In this document: positions 12,977 to 24,399 of the stretch, piece after piece
How positions within the stretch are numbered: the stretch's first letter is position 1
Layout: the number at the start of each line of letters is the position of its first letter
NCBI RefSeq assembly: GCF_963921235.1
Contig: NC_086097.1
Coordinates: 8,804,001 to 8,868,000, forward strand
Length of the DNA stretch: 64,000 bases
Reading direction: 5' to 3'
From: Mobula hypostoma
Taxonomy: Eukaryota
Made by a program: the position numbers and the translations under genes
Notes under the pieces: model-generated
Database searches by the model: none
What the model saw: the letters and a program-made list of their open reading frames with translations, nothing else
What the model was told of the DNA's origin: nothing

Positions 12977-14360
12977 TATAAAGCTTCAACATTACATTAT
13001 TGCTTTTATATTCTAGCTCTCTGAAAATGAATGCTAACATTGTATTTGCCTACCTCACCACAAAATCAATCTGTAAATTAACCTTTAGGAAATCCTGCAT
13101 GAGGATTCCCATGTCCCTTTGCACCTCAGATTTCTAAATCTTCTCTTCATTTAGAAAATAATCTACCCTTTCATTTTGTCTATCAAAGTGCAAGATCATA
13201 TACTTCCAGACACTATATTCCATCTACCACTTCTTTGCCATTCTTCTAATCTGTCGAAGTCCTTCGGTAGCCACTCTATTTCCTCAAAACTAGCTGCCTT
13301 TCCACATATCTTTGTATTGTCCACAAACCAGGCTACAAAGCCATCAACTCCATCCTCCAAGTCATGGACATATGAAGTAAAAAGCATTCCCAACACAGAC
13401 CTCACTGGAACACCAACAAGTCACCAGTAGTCATCAAGAAAAGGCTCGCTTTATGCTGCTTCCTCTGCCTACATGCCTGTCTTTTTGATACGTTATGTAA
13501 ACTTGGACATTTAGCTCCCAGCTCTACCCTTCTTTCAGCCATGGTTTAGTGATGCCCGCAATGTCTTACAAGCCAATCTTAAACTGTGCAACAAGTGCAT
13601 CTACCTTATTCCATATACTGCGTGCTTTCAAATAGAACACCAGTTGACTGCAATTTTGCCCTATCATCAGCCTCTCCTTGCTGGCAGTCTCACTACACAC
13701 TGCCTCTGCTTGTAAACCAGCTGCCCCATCCTCAGCACTGTTACTGCCATTCCCATCCCTCTGCCAAATTAGCTTAAGCCCTCCCCAATATCCTACCAAA
13801 CCTGCTCGCAGGGATATTGGTCCCCCTCAGGTTTAGGTGTAACCCATCCCTTTTGTACAGGTCATACCTATCCCAGAAGAGATCCCTACGATCCAGAAAC
13901 CTGAACCCCTGCCCCTGCTTTTCAGCTATGCATTGATCTGCCAGGTTATCCTATTCTTGCCCTCACTGGCATGTGGCATGAGTTGGAATTCAGAGATTAC
14001 TACCCTGGACGTCATGCTTTTCAGATTTCTACCCAGCATCTTCAGCTCTCTCTTCAGGACTCCTCGTTTTTTCTACTTATGTCATTTGTGCCAATATGTA
14101 CCAAGACTTCTGGCTGCTCACCCTTCCCCTTGAGAATGCAGTGGACCTGATCTGAGACATATCTGACCCTGTTCCTGGGAGGCAACATACCATCTGGGTG
14201 TCGATCGTGCCTTCCAGATCTCGTCCCTGTTCTTCTGACTATGGAGTCTCATATCACTACTCAGCCCTCTTCTCCTCTGTGCTCTTCTGAGACACAGAAC
14301 AAGTTTCAGTGCCAGAGACCTGACCACTGCAGCTCCCCTCGGTAGCTCGCCACCTCAACT
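12977..14360 (-). mobile_element. Old CR1 LINE with internal deletions (RT, APE start, ORF1 SGNH esterase); host of the L1
   Basis: Continues from 4796-4821 across the L1 TSD; reverse strand gives DLYKRDGLHLNLRGTNI near 13810-13870. Confidence 0.8.
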
Positions 14361-14760
14361 GAACTGAAGTGACAGAGGAAAGGGAGGTTAGCTCACAAAT
14401 AGAGAAAGCTTGGAGACAGTGCAAAAAGGAGGATAGGCAGGCGATAGGGAAGGGACGCACTCAGACCGATGGTTTGAGATGTGTCTATTTCAATGTGAGG
14501 AGTACTATGAATAAAGCAGATGAGCTTAGAGCATGGATCAGCACTTGGAGCTATGATGTTGTGGCTATTACAGACACTTGGATGGTGCAGAGGCAGGAAT
14601 AGCTACTTCAAGTGCCAGGTTTCAGATGTTTCAGAAAGGACAGGGAGGGAGACAAAAGAGGTGGGGGTGTGGCACTATTGATCAGAGATAGTGTCACAGC
14701 TGCAGAAAAGGAGGAAGTCATGGAGGGGTTGTCTACGGAGTCTTCAGTGGAAGTTAGGAA

Positions 14761-15232
14761 TAGTCATAGTCACAGTCATAGTCATACTTTATTGATCCCG
14801 AGGGAAATTGGTTTTCGTTACAGCTGCACCATAAATAATTAAATAGTAATAAAACAATAAATAATTAAATAGTAATATGTAAATTATGCCAGGAAATAAG
14901 TCCAGGACCAGCCTATTGGCTCAGGGTGTCTGACCCTCCAAGGGAGGAGTTGTAAAATTTGATGGCCACAGGCAGGAATGACTTCCTATGATACTCTGTG
15001 TTGCATCTCGGTGGAATGAGTCTCTGGCTGAATGTACTCCTGTGCCCAACCAGTACATTATGTAGTGGATGGGAGACATTGTCCAAGATGGCATGCAACT
15101 TGGACAGCATCCTCTTTTCAGACACCACTGTCAGAGAGTCCATTTCTATCCCCACAACATCACTGGCCTTACGAATGAGTTTGTTGATCCTGTTGGTGTC
15201 TGCCACTCTCAGCCTGCTGTCCCAGCACACAA
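14761..15232 (-). mobile_element. Rex1 LINE 3' fragment
   Basis: VCWDSRLRVADTNRINKLIRKAS..GGSDTLSQ*; (TATGAC)n tail. Confidence 0.9.
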
Positions 15233-17521
15233 CAGGGGTCAATAACTGTACTGGGTGTTTTTTTATAGACCACCCAATAGTATCAGCGACATCAAGGAGC
15301 AGATAGGGAGACAGATTCTGGAAAGGAGTAATACTAACAGGGTTATTGTGATGGGAGATTTTAATTTCCCAAATATTGATTGGCATCTCCCTAGAGCAAA
15401 GGGTTTAGATGGGGTGGAGTTTGTTAGGTGTGTTCAGGAAGGTTTCTTGACACAATATGTAGATAAGCCTACAAGAGGAGAGGCTGTGATTGATCTGGTA
15501 TTGGGAAATGAACCTGGTCAGATGTCAGGTCTATCAGTGGGAGAGCATTTTGGAGATAGTGATCACAATTCTATCTTCTTTACCATAGCATTGGAGAGGG
15601 ATAGGAACAGACAAGTTAGGGAATCGTTTAACTGGAGTAAGAGTAAATATGAGGCTATCAGGAAACAGATGTTCACAGGGAAATGTACGGAAGAAACGTG
15701 GCAAATGTTCAGGGGATATCTGCGTGGAGTTCTGTGTAGATGCGTTCCAATGAGACAGGGAAAAATGGGAGGGTACAGAAACAGTGGTGTTCAAAGGTTG
15801 TTGTAAATCTAGTCAAGAAGAAAAGAAGACCTTACAAAACGTTCAAGAAAACTAGTTAAGGATAGAGATCGAGAAGATTTTAAGGCTAGCAGGAAGGATC
15901 TTAAGAATGAAATTAGGAGAGCCAGAAGGGGCCATGAGAAGGCCTTGGCAGACAGGGTTAAGGAAAATCCCAAGGCATTCTACAAGTAGGTGAAAAGCAA
16001 AAGGATAAGACGTGAGATACAATGGGAAAAGTGTGTATGGAACTGGAGGTACTTAATGAATACTTCTCTTCAGCATTCACCATGGAAAAAGATTTTGGCG
16101 ATTGCAGGGATGACTTGCAGCAGACTGAAAAGCTTGAGCATGTAAATATTAAGGAAAAGGATGTGCTAGAGCTTTTGCAAAGCATCAAGTTCGATAAGTC
16201 ACCGGGATTGGACTGGATGTACCCCAGGCTACTGTGGGAGCGAGGGAGGAGATTTCTGAGCCTCTGGCAATGATCCTTGCATCATCAATGAGGACGGGAG
16301 AGATTCTGGAGGACTGGAGGGTTGTGAATGTTATTCTCTTATTCAAGAAAGGGAGTAGGGATAGTCCAGGAAATTATAGACCAGTGAGTCTTACCTCAGT
16401 GGTTGGTAAGCTGATGGAGAAGATCCTGAGAGGCAGGATTTATGAACATTTGGAGAGGAATAATATGATTAGGAATAGTCAGCATGGCTTTGTCAAAGGC
16501 AGGCCATACCTTACGAGTCTGATTGAATTTTTTGAGGATGTGACTGAACACATTGATGAAGGTAGAGCCATAGATGTAGTGTATATGGATTTTAGCAAGG
16601 CATTTGAGAAGGTACCCCATGCAAGGCTTATTGAGAAAGTAAGGAGGCATGGGATCCAAGGGGACATTGCTTTGTGGATCTAGAATTCTGTGGCTTCCCA
16701 CAGAAGGCAAACAGAGGTTGTAGATGGGTCATATTCTGCATGAAGTCCGGTGACCAGTGCTGTGCCTCAGGGATCTGTTCTGGGACCCCTTCTCTTCGTG
16801 ATTGTTATAAGTGACCTGGATGAGGAACTGGAGGGATGTATTAGTAAATTTACTGATGACATAAAGGTTGGTTGTGTTGAGGATAATGTAGAGGGCTGTC
16901 AGAGGTTACAGCGGGACATTGATAGGATGCAAAACTGGGCTGAGAAGTGGCAGATGAGGTTCAACCCAGATAAGTGTGAAGTGGTTCATTTTTGTAGGTC
17001 AAATATGTTGGAAGAATATAGCATTAATAGCAAGACTCTTGGTAGTGTGGAGGATCAGAGGGATCTTGGAGTCTGAGTCCAGAGGACACTCAAAGCTGCT
17101 ATGCAGGTTGACCCCAAGGTTAAGAAGGCATACGGTGCATTGGCCTTCATCAATCATGGGATTAAAGTTAGGAGTCGAGAGATAATGTTGCAGCTATATA
17201 GGACCCTGGTCAGACCCCACTTGGAGTACTGTATTCAGTTCTGGTCGCCTCACTACAGGAAGGATGTAGAAGCAATAGAAAGGGTGCAGAGGAGATTTAC
17301 AAGGATGTTGCCTGGATTGGGGAGCATGCCTTATGAGAATAGGTTGTGTGAACTCAGCTTTTTCTCCTTGGAGCGACGGAGGATGAGAGGTGACCTGATA
17401 GTGGTGTACAAGATAATGAGAGGCATTGATCATGTGAATAGTCAGAGGCTCTTCCCCAAGGCTGAAATGGTTAGCACAAGAGGGCATAGTTTTAAGGTGC
17501 TTGGAAGTAGGTACAGAGGAG

Positions 17522-18725
17522 ATAGAAACATAGAAACATAGAAACATAGAAAATAGGTGCAGGAGTAGGCCATTCGGCCCTTCGAGCCTGCACCGCCATT
17601 TATTATGATCATGGCTGATCATCCAACTCAGAACCCAGCCTTCCCTCCATACCCCCTGACCCCTGTAGCCACAAGGGCCATATCTAACTCCCTCTTAAAC
17701 ATAGCCAATGAACTGGCCTCAACAGTTTGCTGTGGCAGAGAATTCCACAGATTCACCACTCTCTGTGTGAAGAAGTTTTTCCTAATCTCGGTCCTAAAAG
17801 GCTTCCCCTCTATCCTCAAACTGTGACCCCTCGTTCTGGACCTCCCCAACATCGGGAACAATCTTCCTGCATCTAGCCTGTCCAATCCCTTTAGGATCTT
17901 ATACGTTTCAATCAGATCCCCCCTCAATCTTCTAAATTCCAACGAGTACAAGCCCAGTTCATCCAGTCTTTCTTCATATGAAAGACCTGCCATCCCAGGA
18001 ATCAATCTAGTGAACCTTCTTTGTACTCCCTCTATGGCAAAGATGTCTTTCCTCAGATTAGGGGACCAAAACTGCACACAATACTCCAGGTGTGGTCTCA
18101 CCAAGGCCTTGTACAACTGCAGTAGTACCTCCCTGCTCCTGTACTCGAATCCTCTCGCTATAAATGCCAGCATACCGTTCGCCTTTTTCACCGCCTGCTG
18201 TACCTGCATGCCCACTTTCAATGACTGGTGTATAATGACACCCAGGTCTCGTTGCACCTCCCCTTTTCCTAATCGGCCACCATTCAGATAATAATCTGTT
18301 TTCCTATTTTTGCCACCAAAGTGGATAACTTCACATTTATCCACATTAAATTGCATCTGCCATGAGTTTGCCCACTCACCCAACCTATCCAAGTCACCCT
18401 GCATCCTCTTAGCATCCTCCTCACTGCTAACACTGCCACCCAGCTTTGTGTCATCCGCAAACTTGGAGATGCTGCATTTAATTCCCTCATCCAAGTCATT
18501 AATATATATTGTAAACAACTGGGGTCCCAGCACTGAGCCTTGCGGTACCCCACTAGTTACCGCCTGCCATTCTGAAAAGGTCCCGTTTATTCCCACTCTT
18601 TGCTTCCTGTCTGCTAACCAATTCTCCACCCACACCAATACCTTACCCCCAATACCGTGTGCTTTAAGTTTGCACACTAATCTCCTGTGTGGGACCTTGT
18701 CAAAAGCCTTTTGAAAATCCAAAAT
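17522..18725 (-). mobile_element. Young 5'-truncated CR1 LINE (ORF 17628-18722)
   Basis: Uninterrupted 364-aa RT C-terminal ORF; (TTTCTATG)n tail; near-identical to 56926-58108. Confidence 0.93.
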
Positions 18726-18875
18726 ATTAGGGGTAAGTTTTTTATGCAGAGTGTGGGGAGTGAGTGGAATGGGCTGCCGACGGTGGTGGTGGAGGCGGAA
18801 ACAATAGGGACTTTTAAGAGACTCCTGGATGGATACCTGGAGCTTAGAAAAGTAGCGGGCTATGGGTAAACCTAG

Positions 18876-18959
18876 ATTAAAAAGGCATCCGATAGTCTTG
18901 TGAGACCATGGATCTGCGCTGGGAAAGTCTTCACTCTCCAGGGCACAGGCCTGGGCAGG
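18876..18959 (-). mobile_element. 3' fragment of tRNA-derived SINE
   Basis: Matches 53065-53140; CCTAG duplication at 18871-18875 and 18960-18964. Confidence 0.75.
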
Positions 18960-19039
18960 CCTAGGTAGTTCTAAGGTAAAGACATGTTTGGCACAGCTTT
19001 GTGGGCTGTAGGTTTTCTATGTTTCTATGTTTCTAGTAC

Positions 19040-19700
19040 TCAAAGTGGTGAACTTACTATTGAGGGAAATGGTCACAGTGGTACTCTGCTCTGGCCATTT
19101 CTCTTCCTTCTCCTGATAGTCACCCAGTTACCTGCTGGCAGGATCCTGGGGGTGAGTACCTCCCTGTAGCACCTATCTGTCACCTCCTCATTCTCCTGTA
19201 TGAGGCGAAGACTATCGAGCTGCAGTTCCAGTTCCTTAATACATTCTCTGATGAGCTGCAACCCGGTGCACCTGGTGTAGATGTGGTTATCCAGGAGACT
19301 GGAGGTCTCACAGACTTCCCACATCTCACACACTGAACAAAGCACTACACTTGTATCCATTCTCATTGCACTATCATGCCCTTCAGAAAAAAGAAATGAA
19401 GAATTAAGAAGAAAAAGAGAAATTTACCATATACTTACCTCGCCCAAGCCTGATTTCACTGACGCCTGATGAGCCAAAGCCACACTACACACTGGGCACT
19501 CTCAACAATAGCCTCTCCACTAGCATTTGTGTTATTTTTATTCGTCCTTTCAAATGGCTCTGTCTCGGTGAGAGGTTGCAGTCCAACTCCGAGAAACTGT
19601 CGCAGAGTTCTGCCGTTTTCACTTGAGAGAGAACCTAATTGAAAATGCAGCTCTCTTCTTGCACTCAGTGTAGGTCACAGTCCACTCTGTCCTTCTCATG
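19040..19700 (-). mobile_element. CR1 5' fragment (ORF1 zinc finger/leucine zipper)
   Basis: ORF 19073-19366 CSVCEMWEV..RCTGLQLIRECIKELELQL; 5' boundary uncertain. Confidence 0.7.
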
Positions 19701-19709
19701 TCTGCAATG

Positions 19710-20140
19710 TGAGTTGCAGAGTCCTTGAAAGTGGGTCTGTAGGTTCTAGAATCTGTTCACTGTTGAGGTGAGTGAAGTTATCCATGTCGGTTCAGGAGCC
19801 TGTTGATTGTTTACTTTACTTTATTGTCATCAAACAATTGATACTAGAGCCTACAATCATCACAGCGATATTTGATTCTGCGCTTCGCGCTCCCTGGAGT
19901 ACAAATCGATAGTAAATAGTAAAAAATCAGTTGGGTAATAACTGTTCATGAAACTGCTGGTGCTGGACCTAAGGCTCCTGTACCTCCTTCCTGATGGTAT
20001 TTGCAAGAACAGAGCATGGCCTGGATGGTGGAGTTCCTTGATGATGGATGCTGCTTTCTTGAGTTGGTGCTCCATATAAATGTGCTCAATGGCTTTGGCT
20101 ATGATGGAAAGGACTATATCCATCATGTTTTGTGGGCTTT
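19710..20140 (-). mobile_element. Rex1-type 3' fragment with a nested second tail (about 19810-19927)
   Basis: KAASIIKELHHPGHALF..SGRRYRSLRS..NSYYP. Confidence 0.75.
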
Positions 20141-20249
20141 TCCATTCCTGCCTTTGGTTGTGGAAGCTCTAACAAAAGTGTTAGTGACAGAATTAGAAGC
20201 CATATTTACAGTGCAGATAAACTGAGCATCATTAATTTGAGTGAGCCTA

Positions 20250-20655
20250 CAGGCCATAAGATAGAGGAATAGAATCAGGCCATTTGACCCATCAAGTCTG
20301 CTCCACCATTTCTTCATGGCTGATCCATTTTCCCTCTCAGCCCCGGTCTCACCATATCCTTTCATGCTCCAACTAATCAAGAATCTATCAACCTTTGTCT
20401 TAAATCTACCATTGCCTTGGCCTCTACAGTTGCCTGTGGCAATGAATTCCATAGATACACCATTCCCTGGTTGAAGAAATCCTCCTCATCTCTGTTCTAA
20501 ATGGATGTCTCTCTACTCTGAGGTGTGTCCTCCGATTCTAGACTCCCCAGCATCAGAAATGTCCTCCCCATATCTACTTTATCAATAGGTTTTAATCAGA
20601 TCCCTCCTTACTCTTCTGAATTGTAATGAGTACAGGCCCAGAGCCATCAAATGAA
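20250..20655 (-). mobile_element. CR1 3' fragment
   Basis: LMALGLYSLQFRRVRRDLIKTY plus CR1 3' UTR. Confidence 0.8.
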
Positions 20656-22249
20656 ATGGTGCTGGATACAGGTAAAGTTGTTTCCAAAACATGGCGATTA
20701 ATATCCGTTCCAGCGGCCGAGGTTGCAGGAGCAGAGAGTTCGCAAAAAGTCTCAAGTCAAATAGCAAGCAAATTTTATTATTGGTGTTGTGGGGGTGTTT
20801 TGAGTTGCATATAATGTTTGACAGAGTTAATAATCACATTTGCAATAGGCGAGGATTTACAAAGAAATTGTATTTTTGGTTTTAGCCCTGAAAGTGTCCA
20901 GAGAAAGGCCAGAGAGATAAAAAGAAAGGATAATGACTAGAAAGCTTATATCTTCAACCCTTGTCTTGTGCACAGAACAATCCAATATCTGGCCAGTGAT
21001 GACTCAATCTATTGCTGGTGGGAATGATAGTAATGACATCGCAATCACAAGTAACCTCTGGGTGAATGTCCCTGAGACTGGACAGGCAAAACTAAAATGT
21101 TGCAGTTGCTGTAAATCTAAAATAAAATCAAAAATTGCTGGAAGTACCCAGAATGGCAAGCAGTAGCTCTAGAGAGAAAAGAGTACCAAATCTGTGAAAA
21201 GCTTGAAATAAAGCAAGTTCTGCGATTCAGAGAAAAGGAACGGAGAGGTAGGTGGTGCGGGACGGAGGTATGAGACCAACTGAGGAAGAGGACTACAGAG
21301 ACGAGGACATACAGTATTGAATGAGATTAGGTTCAACTGAGAAGATATAATCAGGAAGTGGTGCAAACAGGGGAGACAATGGGAGGACAAATCTCAAGGT
21401 TGTATACTGCATGCATACATTGATATTAAATGTACTTGATTCTTTGAAATCTGAAAGCCTATGAAAGGAAAAGAGCTGAATGCTGGAAATCTGAGCTAAA
21501 TGAAACCTGGCTTAAACAGTTCGGTTATCTGAAGAACTGCAAACGCAGCCTAACTCAGTGTGAATGACAACAAACAACCACTCACTGAAATAATGAATAG
21601 GTGCTTATCTGCAAAATGACACGAAAGCACCACTATATAATTCATCACAAAAATCAACATTATTTGTCCGCAAGTCTCCTCTGGAAGTTAATTCATCCGG
21701 TAAACCGAATAGACCTCAAAACAGACGGGAAGGAATTGGCGGTCTCCAGGGTTTTATTGTTTTCCATATGGGACAATTTCTTCTGCTCCTACAGATATTA
21801 AATAGTAACACTTCCACACCGATTAAGCTAAGAACAAAGGTTTTCATAACCCTCTGGAGTAAAGTGTGTGAATCTTAGCGAAAACATCAACCACTGGCAG
21901 CTATATGCTGTTTGAACCTTTCCAAGGAGATCACAGCCAACTGTTCAGTTTAAGATGTAATTGTGGATAAGAACAGGCTTGTGAATGCAGAGGTATTTTG
22001 GAATGCAGCAGCAAGGTTAAACTATTTTTATTCTTCCATAGAAAGTGATTTTCAGCACATGCTCTAGGACACTGTACTATTTAGTTACAGATTTTTATTT
22101 TGTAAATAAATCGGTAAGTTGGTAAATTGGTTTATTGTTGTCATTGCATGATGCACTGTGATAAATATCTCTTGCCTACCATTCATACAGATGAATTCAA
22201 AATGATAGTGAATTCAGGTGGTACAAAATAAAATAATGCACAGAATAAA

Positions 22250-22492
22250 GTGTTAATTCCGCCATGAGCGGTTCCAACCCCGGTTGTAAAAGGTGGAGGA
22301 TTGGGCATGGTGCTAGCAACCCCATCCCGTAAATACTCAGGACTACAGAAACTCCAAAGACCTCATTCCAGCGATAGGAGGGATCTTCAAAAAAGGGCAA
22401 TATCTGGGGGAATTTGAGTGAATTGCCCAGGACAGAAGACTCTGGCAAGCTGCTATTGGAGGCCTATGGCCCAGTAGAGGTGATGGGCTAAG
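22250..22492 (+). mobile_element. Internally deleted RTE-type element (5' UTR fused to 3' end)
   Basis: GGATTGGGCATGGTGCTAGCAACCCCATCCCGTAAA, also near 46080, followed by IAQDRRLWQAAIGGL-like RTE C-terminus. Confidence 0.6.
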
Positions 22493-22611
22493 GCAAAAGT
22501 TACTGAGGAAGGTAAACAATAAAATACAAGGTCATAATGAGGTAGATTATGAGATCAAGAGACCATCTTATTGTACCAGGAAGCTGTTCAGTAGTCCTAT
22601 TGCAGTGTTAT

Positions 22612-22987
22612 CAGAATTGGTGGCAGAGTGAAGATACACCTCTATCAAAAGAGGTGTAAGGCTCTCCTTCCCTCCGGTAGCCTGCAGGTCACCCTTGGGC
22701 AAGGTGTAGCACCTTCTTAGCCCCCCGATCTGGGTCACATGAAGCCATGGAGCAGGTGGTGGATGGTCATATGAGCAGTTGGTGCATATCACAAGTCCTG
22801 GTTATGCGACCACTGAAGCCAGGCAGACAATCTCTCAAGAGCTAGGGTCACCTGTCTTGTAAAGGCACTGCCCAGAAGAAGGCATTGGCAAACCACTTCT
22901 GTAGAAAGAAATATCAAGAAATATCGTGGCCATGGAAAGATAATGATCGCCCACATCATACGACTTGGCACAAAATGAATGAATGAT
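22612..22987 (+). mobile_element. RTE/BovB-tailed SINE-like element
   Basis: AGAAGAAGGCATTGGCAAACCACTTC motif and (ATGA)n tail; related minus-strand fragment at about 58130-58256. Confidence 0.6.
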
Positions 22988-23464
22988 AAGTCTGTTCTGT
23001 CAACTTATAAGCTATCCTAGAGCTTGGTGGTACATACTTCCAGCATTTTGTACTTTCTGCCTAATGAGAGAGGAGAGAAGAAAGAATGTCCAGTGTGGGT
23101 ATGGTCCTTGATTAGGTTTGGCTGCTTTACTGAAGTAGAGAGAAGCGTAAAGGAACTATGGAGAGGAGACTAGTTTCCATAATGTCCACTATTCTCTGCA
23201 GTTTCTTGCAGTTATGGGCTAAGTAGTTGCTATACCAAGTTGTTATGCATACAGACAGGATGCTTTCTATGGTGTATTGATAAAAATTGATGCTTGGGCA
23301 AAGGAGACATGCCAAATTTATTTAGCTTTCTGAGGAAGCAGAGTCACTGGTGAGCTTTCTTGACCATGGTGTCAAAGTGGTTGGACTAGGCCAGTCTTCT
23401 GGTGAAGTACACTTCTAAGAACTTGAAGCTCTCATCTCTCTCCACCCCAATATCATTGATGCAA

Positions 23465-24340
23465 ACAGGAGGGAGACTGAAAACTTGGCTGAGTTGTACA
23501 CTAGCACCAACCTCTCACTCAATATCAACAAGACCAAGGAACTCATTGTAGACTTCAGGAAAGGGAAACTAGAGGTCCATGAGCTAGTAATCATTGAAGC
23601 ATCAGAGGTGGAGAGGGTCAGTATCTTTAAATTCCTAGGTATCACTATCTCAGAGGACCTGTCCTGGACCCATCATATAAATATTGTGAAAATTGCATGA
23701 CAGCACCTCTACTTCCTCAGGAGTCTGCGGAGGTTCAGCATGTCATTGAAAACCTTGGCAAACTTCTAAGGATGTGTGGTGGGAAGTGTACTGACTGGCT
23801 GCATTACAGCCTGGAATGGGAACACCGATGCCTTTGAGTGCAAAATCCTACAAAAGGTAATAGATTCAGCCCAGTACATCTCAGGTAAAACCCTTCCAAC
23901 CATTGAGCACATCATAAAATGTTGTCATAGGAGAGCAGCATCCATCATCAAAGATCCTCACAACCCAGACCACGCACTTTTCTCTCTGCTGCCATCAGGT
24001 AAAAGGTACAAGAGCCTCAGGATTCACACCAACGGGTTCAAGAACAGTTACTACCCCTCGACCATCGGACTCTTGAACAGTCATTTCAGAATTCGGTTAT
24101 ATTGTTATTTTGTGCTTGTTATTTATTGTAATTTATATAATTCTGCATTTGTACAGGTTGTTTACAATTAACATTTCCTGACATTTACAGTTACTATTCT
24201 ATAGATTTGTCAAGTTTGGTCCATAGAAAAAGAATCTCAGTGTTGTATGTGGTGACGTGTCTGCACTCTGATAATAAATTTTACTTTTATTGCTATGAAT
24301 TTAACTTTGAATTTTCACTTTTGAACTTTGAGTTTTGAGC
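23465..24340 (+). mobile_element. Rex1-type LINE 3' fragment
   Basis: LNINKTKELIVDFRK, FKFLGITISEDLSW, SGKRYKSLRIHT..NSYYP; (ACTTTGA)-like tail. Confidence 0.85.
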
Positions 24341-24399
24341 ATGTATACCAACAACACTTTCTGAAGTAAATGACCAGCTCTTTCATTTTGCTGACAAAT

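Larger units (their letters stand above)
14365..19036 (+). mobile_element. CR1 LINE (near-complete ORF2) with three nested insertions
   Basis: APE motifs (YDVVAITDTW, GDFNFP, DSDHN), RT ORFs at 16234, 16750 and 17101; resumes at about 18724; ends (TTTCTATG)n. Confidence 0.9.
22110..23460 (-). mobile_element. Rex1-type fragment interrupted by two RTE-related inserts
   Basis: NFYQYTIESILSVCITTWY..KKLQRIV (ORF 23127-23315). Confidence 0.7.

Noticed and set aside
17521..17552. (AGAAACAT)n and similar short tandem repeats at 10505, 25324 and 60685
   Set aside because: These are LINE 3' tails, not independent arrays
18010..18714. Plus-strand ORFs here and their twins at 56932-57636
   Set aside because: Antisense shadows of CR1 ORF2; they are shared only because the copies are near-identical
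20680..20740. AAACATGGCG (YY1-like) motif with a few CpGs, as a promoter
   Set aside because: Too short, no CpG island and no other support
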